From Candidatus Aminicenantes bacterium (GTDB lineage: Bacteria > Acidobacteriota > Aminicenantia > Aminicenantales > Saccharicenantaceae): a stretch of 34,072 nucleotides of DNA. The notes beneath the pieces are model-generated. The model was not told the DNA's origin and did not search any database. It was given only the letters and a program-made list of their open reading frames with translations. The stretch's first letter is position 1. Each line of letters starts with the position of its first letter. Shown piece after piece: positions 15,155 through 22,543 of this stretch. The DNA lies in the NCBI GenBank assembly GCA_026393955.1, contig JAPKZE010000057.1:1-34072 (forward strand), read 5' to 3'. The position numbers and the translations under genes were made by a program.

Positions 15155-16522
15155 ATGGACGCGCAGACCAATCTGCTGATCATTTCCGACGACTTCTCGC
15201 TCTACGAGTCCGTCAAAAAGGCGCCCGTGGCCGCCGATTTCAACGTCTTTTTCGCCCAGACGGACGACGCCTATCTCGACGTCATCCGGGAGAACGGCAT
15301 CCGGGTCGTGCTCGTCGACTGCGGCGACGCACTCGCCGCCGGGCTCCTCGTCCTCAAGAAGATCAAGAAGTCCGACGCCCTCGTCGACGTCCTCGTCGGC
15401 GGCGAGGCCATTGGGCGGGAGGCCGTGCTCGACGTCATCCGCTCGGGCGCCACCGACTTCGTGCCCAAGCCCTATGAGCGCGACATCCTCGGCGACATCC
15501 TGCGCCGCATCTCCCGCAAGCGCGAGCTCCGCCGCGAGACGCTCCACCTCGAGAAGAAGCTGGAACGGAAATACGCCTTCGAGGGCCTGATCAGCCGCAA
15601 CCCGACCATGCTCGAGATCTTCGGCGTCATCGAGAATATCGCCAAGTATTTCTCGAGCGTCCTCGTCACCGGCGAGACCGGCACGGGCAAGGAGGTCGTG
15701 GCCCGGGCCATCCACGGCCTGAGCCCTTACAAGGACCGGCCGCTCGTCGTCTGCGACTGCGCCTCCATCCCGGAGAACCTCTTCGAATCGGAGCTCTTCG
15801 GCTACAAGAAAGGGGCCTTCACCGGCGCCGACAGGGACAAGCGCGGCCTGTTCGAAGAGGCCGACGGCGGGACCATCCTCCTCGACGAGATCGCCGAGAT
15901 CCCCGTGGCCGTCCAGGCCAAGCTCCTGCGCGTCCTCGAGAGCCGGGAGTTCCGTCCACTGGGGGCCAACGAGAGCACCGCGGTCGAGGTCCGGGTCCTG
16001 GCCGCCACGAACAAGGACCTGGGCGAGGCGGTCCGGGCGGGCGGATTCCGGGAGGACCTCTTCCACCGCCTGAACAAGGTCGTCATCGACCTCCCCCCGC
16101 TCCGCGAGCGGCTCGAGGATATTCCCCTGCTCGTCCGCCATTTCCTGCAGGGGGCCAACCGGAATTTCGGCAAGAGCCTGCGCGGCGTCTCCCGCGAGGT
16201 TCAGAAGATCTTCCTCAAATACGCCTGGCCGGGGAACGTGCGCGAGCTGGCCAACGTCCTGGAGAGCGCGGCCATGCTCTGCAAGAAGGACTTCGTCGAT
16301 GTCGCCAACCTACCCAAGTACCTCCGGGATTACGTGCCGCCCCAGGGAGCGCTCGCCTTCACCGGCGGCGGCCGCCTGTCCACCCTGAGCGACCTCGAAA
16401 AGGACTACATCGCCTATCTCCTGAAGGTGACCAAGGGCAACCTGCGCCAGACGGCCAAGATCCTGTCGATCTCGCGGACGACGCTCTACAACAAGCTGGC
16501 CAAGTACGGGATCCGGAACTGA
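15155..16522 (+). CDS. Sigma54-dependent response regulator (NtrC-family enhancer-binding protein)
   Basis: The receiver domain has LIISDD...VVLVDCG...FVPKP. The AAA+ domain has GETGTGKEVVARAIH, ESELFGYKKGAFTGA and ILLDEI. A C-terminal Fis-type HTH is present (NLRQTAKILSISRTTLYNKLAKYGI). Confidence 0.92.
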   Translation: MDAQTNLLIISDDFSLYESVKKAPVAADFNVFFAQTDDAYLDVIRENGIRVVLVDCGDALAAGLLVLKKIKKSDALVDVLVGGEAIGREAVLDVIRSGATDFVPKPYERDILGDILRRISRKRELRRETLHLEKKLERKYAFEGLISRNPTMLEIFGVIENIAKYFSSVLVTGETGTGKEVVARAIHGLSPYKDRPLVVCDCASIPENLFESELFGYKKGAFTGADRDKRGLFEEADGGTILLDEIAEIPVAVQAKLLRVLESREFRPLGANESTAVEVRVLAATNKDLGEAVRAGGFREDLFHRLNKVVIDLPPLRERLEDIPLLVRHFLQGANRNFGKSLRGVSREVQKIFLKYAWPGNVRELANVLESAAMLCKKDFVDVANLPKYLRDYVPPQGALAFTGGGRLSTLSDLEKDYIAYLLKVTKGNLRQTAKILSISRTTLYNKLAKYGIRN

Positions 16523-16534
16523 GGGGGACGGCCG

Positions 16535-18985
16535 TCAGGCGGCCGCGGCGGCCGGCTTCTTCGACATCTTCTCCTGGTACATCATGCGGTCCGCCTGAGC
16601 GAGGAGCTCCTGGAGGGCGCAGGGGTGGTCGGGATCGTAGCGGGAGATGCCCAGGCTGAGCGCGAGCGGATGGGCGATCCCGGCCCGGGCGTTGCGGACC
16701 TGGAGCCGCTCGCGGATCCGTCGGGCCAGGGCGGCCACCTTCCCTTCGGCCACGTCGATGGCCAGGACGGCGAACTCGTCGCCGCCGAGGCGGGCGATGA
16801 TGTCCGAATCGCGGAAGGCGTCCTTCAGCACCTCGGCCGTCTCGACGAGGGCGGCGTCGCCCTCCTCGTGGCCGGAGGAATCGTTGACCTTCTTGAGGTC
16901 GTCGAGGTCGACGTAGAACAGGGCCATCTCCTTCCGTGTCCGGTGGGCGACCTTCATCTGCTGTTCGGAAAGGGTCAGGAAGCCGCGGCGGTTGTAGACC
17001 TTGGTCAGCTCGTCGACGAGGGACAGGTCCCTGAGCTCGTTCTCGGTCCGCGTCCGCTGGACGGCGATGGCGTAAAGCCCGGCCAGACGCTCGACCGCGT
17101 CGAGGTCCCTCTCGAGGTAGGGGGTCTCCGCGTTGGCGACGACGATAAGGCCGACGATCGCCCCCGACATGATCGCCGGGACGGCCAGGAAGGGCCCGAC
17201 CGGCAGGTGCCAATCCGGCATCCCCCGGTAGCGGGGGTCCAGGCTGGGCATGCTGGTCACGATGGCCCGCCGCTCCTCGAGGATCCAGCGCCACAGACCC
17301 GAATTCTCGTGGAAACGCCCGACGGCGTCCGGATGGCCCTCGGACATGTCCCTGGCGTCGGCGGTCATCGCCGCGGGCACCAGGCTGCCGGTCCGTTGAT
17401 CGACATGCCCGACGAACCCGGAGACGCTCGAGGTCAGGCGGCGGGCCTGGTCCAGGACGAGGGAGGACATCTCTTCGATCGGCGTCGGCGACAGCAGGCG
17501 CTCGGAGACCTCCCCCACCGCGTGTTGCAGCTGCATGACCCGGGCGTGTTCGTCCTTCATCTGCTTTCTCGCGGAGATATCCTCGATGACCCCCTCGTAG
17601 AAGAGGACCTGGCCGCGGCCGTCCTTGGTCGCCCGGCAGGAGTCCTCGGCCCAGAAGTGCGTGCCGTTGGCCCGGCGCAGCTGGGACTCGAAGATCCCGA
17701 CCATGGAGGTCGAGTCGAGATAGGCCCGCTTGTTGTCCCGGTCGCGCGGGTCGCAGTGGAAGTCCCAGAAGCCCACCGCCTTGAGGGCCCCGACGTCCGG
17801 ATAGCCGAGCATACGGGCCAGGGTCGGAGTGGCCATCAGGATCTTCCCTTGGGGGGTCGTCCGGTAAAGGCCCAGGGGATAGTTGAAGACCCGGGTCATC
17901 ATTTCGTCGCCGGAGGCCAGGACGGCCTCGGCGCCGGCGGCGCGGTCGCGCGCGTCGCCGATCTCCCGCGACATCCGGACGCTGGCCAAAGCCAGCCCGG
18001 CGAGCTTGGCCAGAGACAGGGCCAGATCGAGATCGTGGTCGTCCCTCTCGGGCCCGCCGAAGCCCTCGAGTTCGAGGACGCCGAGGAGCTCGCGGCCGTG
18101 GGCGATCTTGAGATAGACGGTCCGCCGGTCCTCGGTCCAGGCATAGTCCGAGTTGAGGATGAGGATCCGGTCGAACGGGGAGTCTTCGGGCCCGGTCCGG
18201 CCGGAGAGCGATTCCAGGGGATGGTAGGCCGCCCCGCGGGGCGAGACCATGACCCGGAAAAGCTCGAGAACGCCGGCCTGGACGTCGGCCGCGGACGCGA
18301 CGTCGGTCGCGGCGGCCAGCACGCGGCCGATCCGGGCATAATCCGACACCCGCCGTCCGGCCGTGTCCTTGCGGCCGGCGTTCTCCGCCTTGATCGCGTC
18401 CAGCTGCCAGGAGAGGACGACCCGGCTCAGGGCCAGCCGGAAATGTTCCAGCCCCGCGGGAAAAGTCTCGTAGGGCAGGCGGAGAAAGCGCCCGAACGAT
18501 TTGAGTTCGCGATCGATGCCGGGATGGGCGCCCGTATCGATGAGGACCACCTTGCGGGCGACGTCCCTGAAAAAGGCTTGGGCGGCTTTATGATCGGAGC
18601 CCCAGCGGGCGGCCAGATGCGATTCCCAGTTCCTGAGCCAGCCCGGCAGAACGGGCAGCGCGCCGGCCTGAAGGAGGCGGTCGACGCTCCCTTTGTCCGC
18701 GACCCATTCCGTACACTGGCTTTCCTGGTGGATCCGGCACGTGCCTTCGACGCCGAGCTCCCGGGCGGGCCGGGTCAGACAATATCCTCCGGCTAGGCCG
18801 ACCGCGCACCCTTCCGTCTGGCACGCGCCCACCGCCTCGGCCAGCCCGGACCACGGAGAATCCGTCAGATCGCAGCTCACGGGATGGGCCCGGAAATGAA
18901 CGTTCTGAAAGTCCGGGTAGGATTGGACGGCCTGGATCTCGCGTTCGAAGCTCGCGCAGGTGATCAAGCCAATTCGGACGGACAT
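16535..18985 (-). CDS. Multi-sensor diguanylate cyclase: Cys-rich N-terminal domain, GAF-like, PAS-like, GAF-like, GGDEF
   Basis: The GGDEF domain is RLGGDEFAVL with an RDSD I-site 5 aa upstream. A PAS-like segment ends EGVIEDISARK, and there are two GAF-like segments. The ORF track start at 19009 is a TTG inside the predicted promoter/operator. The first ATG (MSVRIGLITC) at 18985 is used here. Confidence 0.88.
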   Translation of the reverse strand: MSVRIGLITCASFEREIQAVQSYPDFQNVHFRAHPVSCDLTDSPWSGLAEAVGACQTEGCAVGLAGGYCLTRPARELGVEGTCRIHQESQCTEWVADKGSVDRLLQAGALPVLPGWLRNWESHLAARWGSDHKAAQAFFRDVARKVVLIDTGAHPGIDRELKSFGRFLRLPYETFPAGLEHFRLALSRVVLSWQLDAIKAENAGRKDTAGRRVSDYARIGRVLAAATDVASAADVQAGVLELFRVMVSPRGAAYHPLESLSGRTGPEDSPFDRILILNSDYAWTEDRRTVYLKIAHGRELLGVLELEGFGGPERDDHDLDLALSLAKLAGLALASVRMSREIGDARDRAAGAEAVLASGDEMMTRVFNYPLGLYRTTPQGKILMATPTLARMLGYPDVGALKAVGFWDFHCDPRDRDNKRAYLDSTSMVGIFESQLRRANGTHFWAEDSCRATKDGRGQVLFYEGVIEDISARKQMKDEHARVMQLQHAVGEVSERLLSPTPIEEMSSLVLDQARRLTSSVSGFVGHVDQRTGSLVPAAMTADARDMSEGHPDAVGRFHENSGLWRWILEERRAIVTSMPSLDPRYRGMPDWHLPVGPFLAVPAIMSGAIVGLIVVANAETPYLERDLDAVERLAGLYAIAVQRTRTENELRDLSLVDELTKVYNRRGFLTLSEQQMKVAHRTRKEMALFYVDLDDLKKVNDSSGHEEGDAALVETAEVLKDAFRDSDIIARLGGDEFAVLAIDVAEGKVAALARRIRERLQVRNARAGIAHPLALSLGISRYDPDHPCALQELLAQADRMMYQEKMSKKPAAAAA

Positions 18986-19008
18986 ATTCGAGATCTCTGT
19001 ATAAAACA

Positions 19009-19029
19009 AATGTCCTATATTTGGACATT
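19009..19029. promoter_or_regulatory. Palindrome aatgtcc-N7-ggacatt overlapping the predicted transcription start of the cyclase gene (candidate operator)
   Basis: The 7-bp arms are exact reverse complements (19009-19015 and 19023-19029). The predicted start site, about 7 nt downstream of the -10 at 19038-19033, falls near 19026. Confidence 0.4.
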
Positions 19030-19032
19030 ATG

Positions 19033-19062
19033 ATTATAACATAAATTAATTTCTTAAGTCAA
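19033..19062 (-). promoter_or_regulatory. Near-consensus sigma70 promoter for the diguanylate cyclase: TTGACT-18-TGtTATAAT
   Basis: On the minus strand, TTGACT is at 19062-19057 and TATAAT at 19038-19033. The TG of an extended -10 is at 19041-19040. Confidence 0.6.
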
Positions 19063-19066
19063 GCAT

Positions 19067-19087
19067 AATATTGATGTTAACAATATT
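19067..19087. promoter_or_regulatory. Second 7-N7-7 palindrome aatattg-atgttaa-caatatt just upstream of the cyclase -35
   Basis: The arms at 19067-19073 and 19081-19087 are exact reverse complements. It has the same 21-bp geometry as the 19009-19029 palindrome, with centres 58 bp apart. Confidence 0.3.
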
Positions 19088-19242
19088 TGAATGTACTATT
19101 TCACTACATTTACAATGAATAAAAAGTAGAGATATTGCCGTAATTTGTTTAATTTCTTCAAGATATATTAATGTTGTCATCGGCTCTCGTTATTGGCTAG
19201 GCGAGCGATAAATTCGAGACCGCTCAGACGAGATCCGGACCG

Positions 19243-19277
19243 TTGGCAATTCAAGCCGTTTGGATTAGAATATCCAA
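19243..19277 (+). promoter_or_regulatory. Candidate sigma70 promoter TTGGCA-17-TAGAAT, with the -10 bracketed by the inverted repeat TTGGAT/ATCCAA
   Basis: TTGGCA is at 19243-19248 and TAGAAT at 19266-19271. TTGGAT (19260-19265) and ATCCAA (19272-19277) are reverse complements. GGAGG at 19296-19300 precedes the ATG at 19306. Confidence 0.55.
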
Positions 19278-19305
19278 TCGTTCGACGGCCGATCCGGAGG
19301 TGCCG

Positions 19306-20067
19306 ATGAGAAGCTCAAAAACCCTGATCCTCGCCGCCGTTCTCGCGGCTTCGCTTGCGGCCCCGGCCCTCTTCGCGCAGAAGGCCGCGCCGGCCGGGAA
19401 CAAGGAAGCGTTGTCCGTTCTCGAAAGAATGCTCGCGGCCATGGGCGGGCGCAAGGTCCTCGAGTCGATCAAGGACGTGACCATCTCCGGGACGGCCGAG
19501 TTGATCCCGTTCGGCATCACCGCGCCGGTCACGGTCTACCAGAAGCAGCCCGACAAGGTCCGGGTCGACGTCACCGTCGTCGAGGCCAATATGACCATCA
19601 TCCAGGCCTTCGACGGCCGGAAGGGCTGGTTCACGGATCCCCAGTCGGGCGGGGCGGTCGAGGAGATGCCCGATCACCTGGCCAGGGAGTTCGGCCGGCA
19701 GGCCGGGGAGAACCAAGCCCTGCTCTTCCCCCAGAAGCACGGGGTCACCTACGTCCTGAAGCCCAAGGCGGTCCTCGACGGCAAGGACCGCATCGTCCTC
19801 GAGCAGACGCTGGCCGACGGAACCAAGACGACCTACTTCCTCGATCCTGAAACCTATCTCCCTTTCAAGACCGCGGCCCGGTCGGTCGACCAGAGCGGCG
19901 CCGCGGTGGATGCCGAGACCTATTCGTCCAATTACCAGAAGGTCGGCGGCCTGATGGTCCCCTATGCCCTGCGCATCGTCCAGAACGGCGCCGAGGCCCA
20001 GCGGGTGACGGTCACCGCCGTCACCTTCAACACGAACCTGGACGACGCGCTCTTTACCCTGAAATGA
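19306..20067 (+). CDS. Secreted LolA-fold / outer-membrane lipoprotein-sorting-like protein
   Basis: The ORF track starts at 19243, inside the promoter. ATG 19306 gives the signal peptide MRSSKTLILAAVLAASLAAPALFA after GGAGG. The beta-rich body (KDVTISGTAEL...VRVDVTV...GRKGW) resembles LolA/LolB-like sorting proteins. The family call is tentative. Confidence 0.55.
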   Translation: MRSSKTLILAAVLAASLAAPALFAQKAAPAGNKEALSVLERMLAAMGGRKVLESIKDVTISGTAELIPFGITAPVTVYQKQPDKVRVDVTVVEANMTIIQAFDGRKGWFTDPQSGGAVEEMPDHLAREFGRQAGENQALLFPQKHGVTYVLKPKAVLDGKDRIVLEQTLADGTKTTYFLDPETYLPFKTAARSVDQSGAAVDAETYSSNYQKVGGLMVPYALRIVQNGAEAQRVTVTAVTFNTNLDDALFTLK

Positions 20068-20080
20068 CAAGGAGGACAGC

Positions 20081-21514
20081 ATGACCCGGACCAAGTTCGC
20101 CGCCCTCGGGCTGCTGGCCGCGGCGATCGTCGCCTGCGCCGTCAATCCCGTCACCGGCAAGAAGGAGCTCATGCTCTACTCCGAGAGCCAGGAGATCGAG
20201 CTCGGCAAGCAGACGGACGCCGAGGTCGCGGCCACCTACGGCGTGTACGACGATCCGGCCCTCCAGTCCTACATCGGCAAGCTGGGCCAGTCCCTGGCCG
20301 CCAAGGGGCAGAGACCCGGGCTGCCCTGGCGCTTCACGGTGCTCGACAGCCCGGTCGTCAACGCCTTCGCCGTGCCTGGCGGCGCGGTCTACGTCACCCG
20401 CGGCATCCTGGCCCTCATGAGCTCGGAGGCGGAGTTGGCCGCGGTGCTCGGCCATGAGATCGGCCACGTCAACGCCCGCCACTCCATGAGCCAGATGAGC
20501 AAACAGCAGATGGCCCAGCTCGGTCTCGTCGTCGGCAGCGTCGTCAGCCAGGAATTCGCCAAGTACGCCGGCCTGGCCGGCACCGGCCTCCAGGTGCTCT
20601 TCCTGAAGTACAGCCGCGACAACGAGAACCAGGCCGACGGCCTCGGCGTGGAATATTCGCGGGCCGCCGGCTTCAATCCGGCCGACATGGGCGTCACCTT
20701 CACGGCCCTGGAAAAGATGGGCGACCTCTCGGGCGGCCGTTCGCTCCCCGGCTTCCTCTCGACGCATCCCCTGACGCCGGACCGCATCGCCCATGTCCAG
20801 GCCCTGCTGCAGCCCGGGGACGCGGCCCTCGCCCGCCGGCCCGAAGCCTATCTCCGGACCGTCGAGAACGTCGTCTACGGCGAAGACCCGCGCCAGGGCT
20901 ACGTCGAGAACGGGGTCTTCTATCATCCCGCCCTCCGCTTCCAGTTCGCCATCCCCTCGGGCTGGACGGTCGAGAACATGCCCAGCCAGGTCACTCTGGT
21001 GGCCGCCGACAAGAACGCCGGCGTCATCCTGCAGGGCGGCCGGTCGACCGACAGCGCCGAAGAGTTCCTCAAGAAGGAGGCCGCGGATATCACCCAATCG
21101 GGCGGCCGGCTGCTCAGCGAGAGCCGGACGACGAACAACGGCCTGTCCTGCTACGAGCAGACCTACACGATCCCCCAGGAGAACGCGGACGCCGTCCAGA
21201 TGAAGCTCTCCTGTCTGAAAAAAGGGGACTGGGTCTACGCCTTCCAGGCCCTGAGCTCGGCCAGCGGCTACGCCAAGTTTGAGCCGGACTTCAAGCGGAT
21301 CGTGGCCTCCTTCAAGGACCTGAGCGACGCTTCGAAGATCGACCGGTCGCCCAAGCGCCTGGCCCTGGTCAAGGCCAATGGCACGGACACGCTCCAGGCG
21401 ATCTTCAAGAAGGCGGGTCTGCCGGAGAAGTTGTGGCCCCCGTTCGCCGTCATGAACGGCCTGGAGATCGCGGCCGTCCCGGCGACGGGGAAGCTGATCA
21501 AAACGGTCAGGTGA
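20081..21514 (+). CDS. M48-family zinc metalloprotease lipoprotein (BepA/YfgC-like catalytic domain)
   Basis: A lipobox is present (LLAAAIVAC). The zinc motif is LGHEIGHVNARH, with the third ligand in YSRDNENQADGLG. AAGGAGG precedes the ATG, which is 13 nt after the upstream gene. Confidence 0.88.
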   Translation: MTRTKFAALGLLAAAIVACAVNPVTGKKELMLYSESQEIELGKQTDAEVAATYGVYDDPALQSYIGKLGQSLAAKGQRPGLPWRFTVLDSPVVNAFAVPGGAVYVTRGILALMSSEAELAAVLGHEIGHVNARHSMSQMSKQQMAQLGLVVGSVVSQEFAKYAGLAGTGLQVLFLKYSRDNENQADGLGVEYSRAAGFNPADMGVTFTALEKMGDLSGGRSLPGFLSTHPLTPDRIAHVQALLQPGDAALARRPEAYLRTVENVVYGEDPRQGYVENGVFYHPALRFQFAIPSGWTVENMPSQVTLVAADKNAGVILQGGRSTDSAEEFLKKEAADITQSGGRLLSESRTTNNGLSCYEQTYTIPQENADAVQMKLSCLKKGDWVYAFQALSSASGYAKFEPDFKRIVASFKDLSDASKIDRSPKRLALVKANGTDTLQAIFKKAGLPEKLWPPFAVMNGLEIAAVPATGKLIKTVR

Positions 21515-21962
21515 GCGGGGGCTTGACCTCGGAGATATCGAGGACGGAAGCGTAGATCTCGGCCTCGGCGGCGAGCTCGCCTTCGACGAACGCCTTGCCC
21601 TTCATCTGGCAGATCTTCCCCTTCGACCGTGTCCACTCGACGTCCAGCCGGAGCTGGTCGCCGGGAACGACCATCCTCTTGAACTTGGCCTTGTCGATCT
21701 TGCTCATGACGATGAACTTCGTCTCCGGATCGGGGATCGAGCCGAAGAGGAGCACGGCCCCGGCCTGGGCCATGGCTTCGACGATGAGCACGCCGGGCAT
21801 GATCTTCCATTCCGGGAAATGGCCCTGGAAGAACTGTTCGTTGCAGGTCACGTTCTTGATGGCCACGATGGTCTTGCGGGGGACCAACTCAATGACGCGG
21901 TCGACGAGCAGGAACGGGAACCTGTGAGGCAGGAACTTCATGATCTGCTCGATCGGGACCAT
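21507..21962 (-). CDS. fabZ: 3-hydroxyacyl-ACP dehydratase
   Basis: Motifs are LPHRFPFLLVDRV, FFQGHFP, MPGVLIVEAMAQ. It is 151 aa long, and GGAGGAGG lies before the ATG. Confidence 0.95.
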   Translation of the reverse strand: MVPIEQIMKFLPHRFPFLLVDRVIELVPRKTIVAIKNVTCNEQFFQGHFPEWKIMPGVLIVEAMAQAGAVLLFGSIPDPETKFIVMSKIDKAKFKRMVVPGDQLRLDVEWTRSKGKICQMKGKAFVEGELAAEAEIYASVLDISEVKPPLT

Positions 21963-21981
21963 GGGTGGCCTCCTCCGGGAG

Positions 21982-22530
21982 CTACTTCTTGACCGGCGGC
22001 GCCGCCGTCTTCGTGGCGTCGTAGCGCCGGACGACCTCGTCGGTCAGATCGAGGGTCGGATTGAAATAGACGGTCCCGCTCCGCGTCAGGTCGAAGATGA
22101 GGTCCAAGCCCTTGTCGATCCGGACCTGCTCGATGACGGGCATGAGCTCCGCCTGGATGCGGCTGAGCGTCGAGGCCTGGAGCCCCTGCATGGACCGCGA
22201 GGCGTCTTCGACGGCCCTCTGGCGGTCGGTCTGCTTCTTCTGGATATCGGCCTGGAGGCCGGCGGCCGCCTCGGGGGTCAGGGTCAGGCGCTGCGTCGTC
22301 AGCCGGTTCTGGAGCTGCTTGATCTGGTCGTCCATCCGGGTGATGTCATCGGTGTACTTCTTGTCGGCGGCCGTGAGCTGGGCGAGGGCCTTCTTGCCCT
22401 CGGCCGATTTCTCGAGGACCGCCTGGGAATTGACCATCCCCATCTTGGTGGCCTCCTGGGCCAGGGCCAGGCCGGCGAGGCCCACCGCGGCTGCCGCGAT
22501 AAGCGCGATTCTCCGGGTGTGTGTGATCAT
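21982..22530 (-). CDS. skp: OmpH/Skp-family periplasmic chaperone
   Basis: It has a signal peptide, then a coiled-coil Gln/Ala/Lys-rich body (VLEKSAEGKKALAQL...). Its position directly after bamA is typical. Confidence 0.85.
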   Translation of the reverse strand: MITHTRRIALIAAAAVGLAGLALAQEATKMGMVNSQAVLEKSAEGKKALAQLTAADKKYTDDITRMDDQIKQLQNRLTTQRLTLTPEAAAGLQADIQKKQTDRQRAVEDASRSMQGLQASTLSRIQAELMPVIEQVRIDKGLDLIFDLTRSGTVYFNPTLDLTDEVVRRYDATKTAAPPVKK

Positions 22531-22543
22531 GGTCGGAACCTCC

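Larger units (their letters stand above)
19011..19180. other. AT-rich island (about 22% G+C) in a window of about two-thirds G+C
   Basis: By hand count there are 38 G/C in 170 nt. It sits between the divergent cyclase and LolA-like genes. Confidence 0.9.

Noticed and set aside
12238-15183. 981-aa ORF antisense to the giant exoprotein gene.
   Set aside because: Its composition is dominated by Arg, Gly, Asp, Glu, Leu, Val and Pro, with almost no Lys, Asn, Ile, Phe or Tyr and no recognisable motif. The opposite strand carries signal-peptide and M14 motifs. Long stop-free antisense frames are expected at this GC content.
16527-16536. 10-bp palindrome gacggccgtc between the convergent sigma54 regulator and cyclase genes, considered as a bidirectional terminator.
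   Set aside because: It has no loop and no U-tract, and it overlaps the cyclase stop codon. It is too short to be a credible intrinsic terminator.
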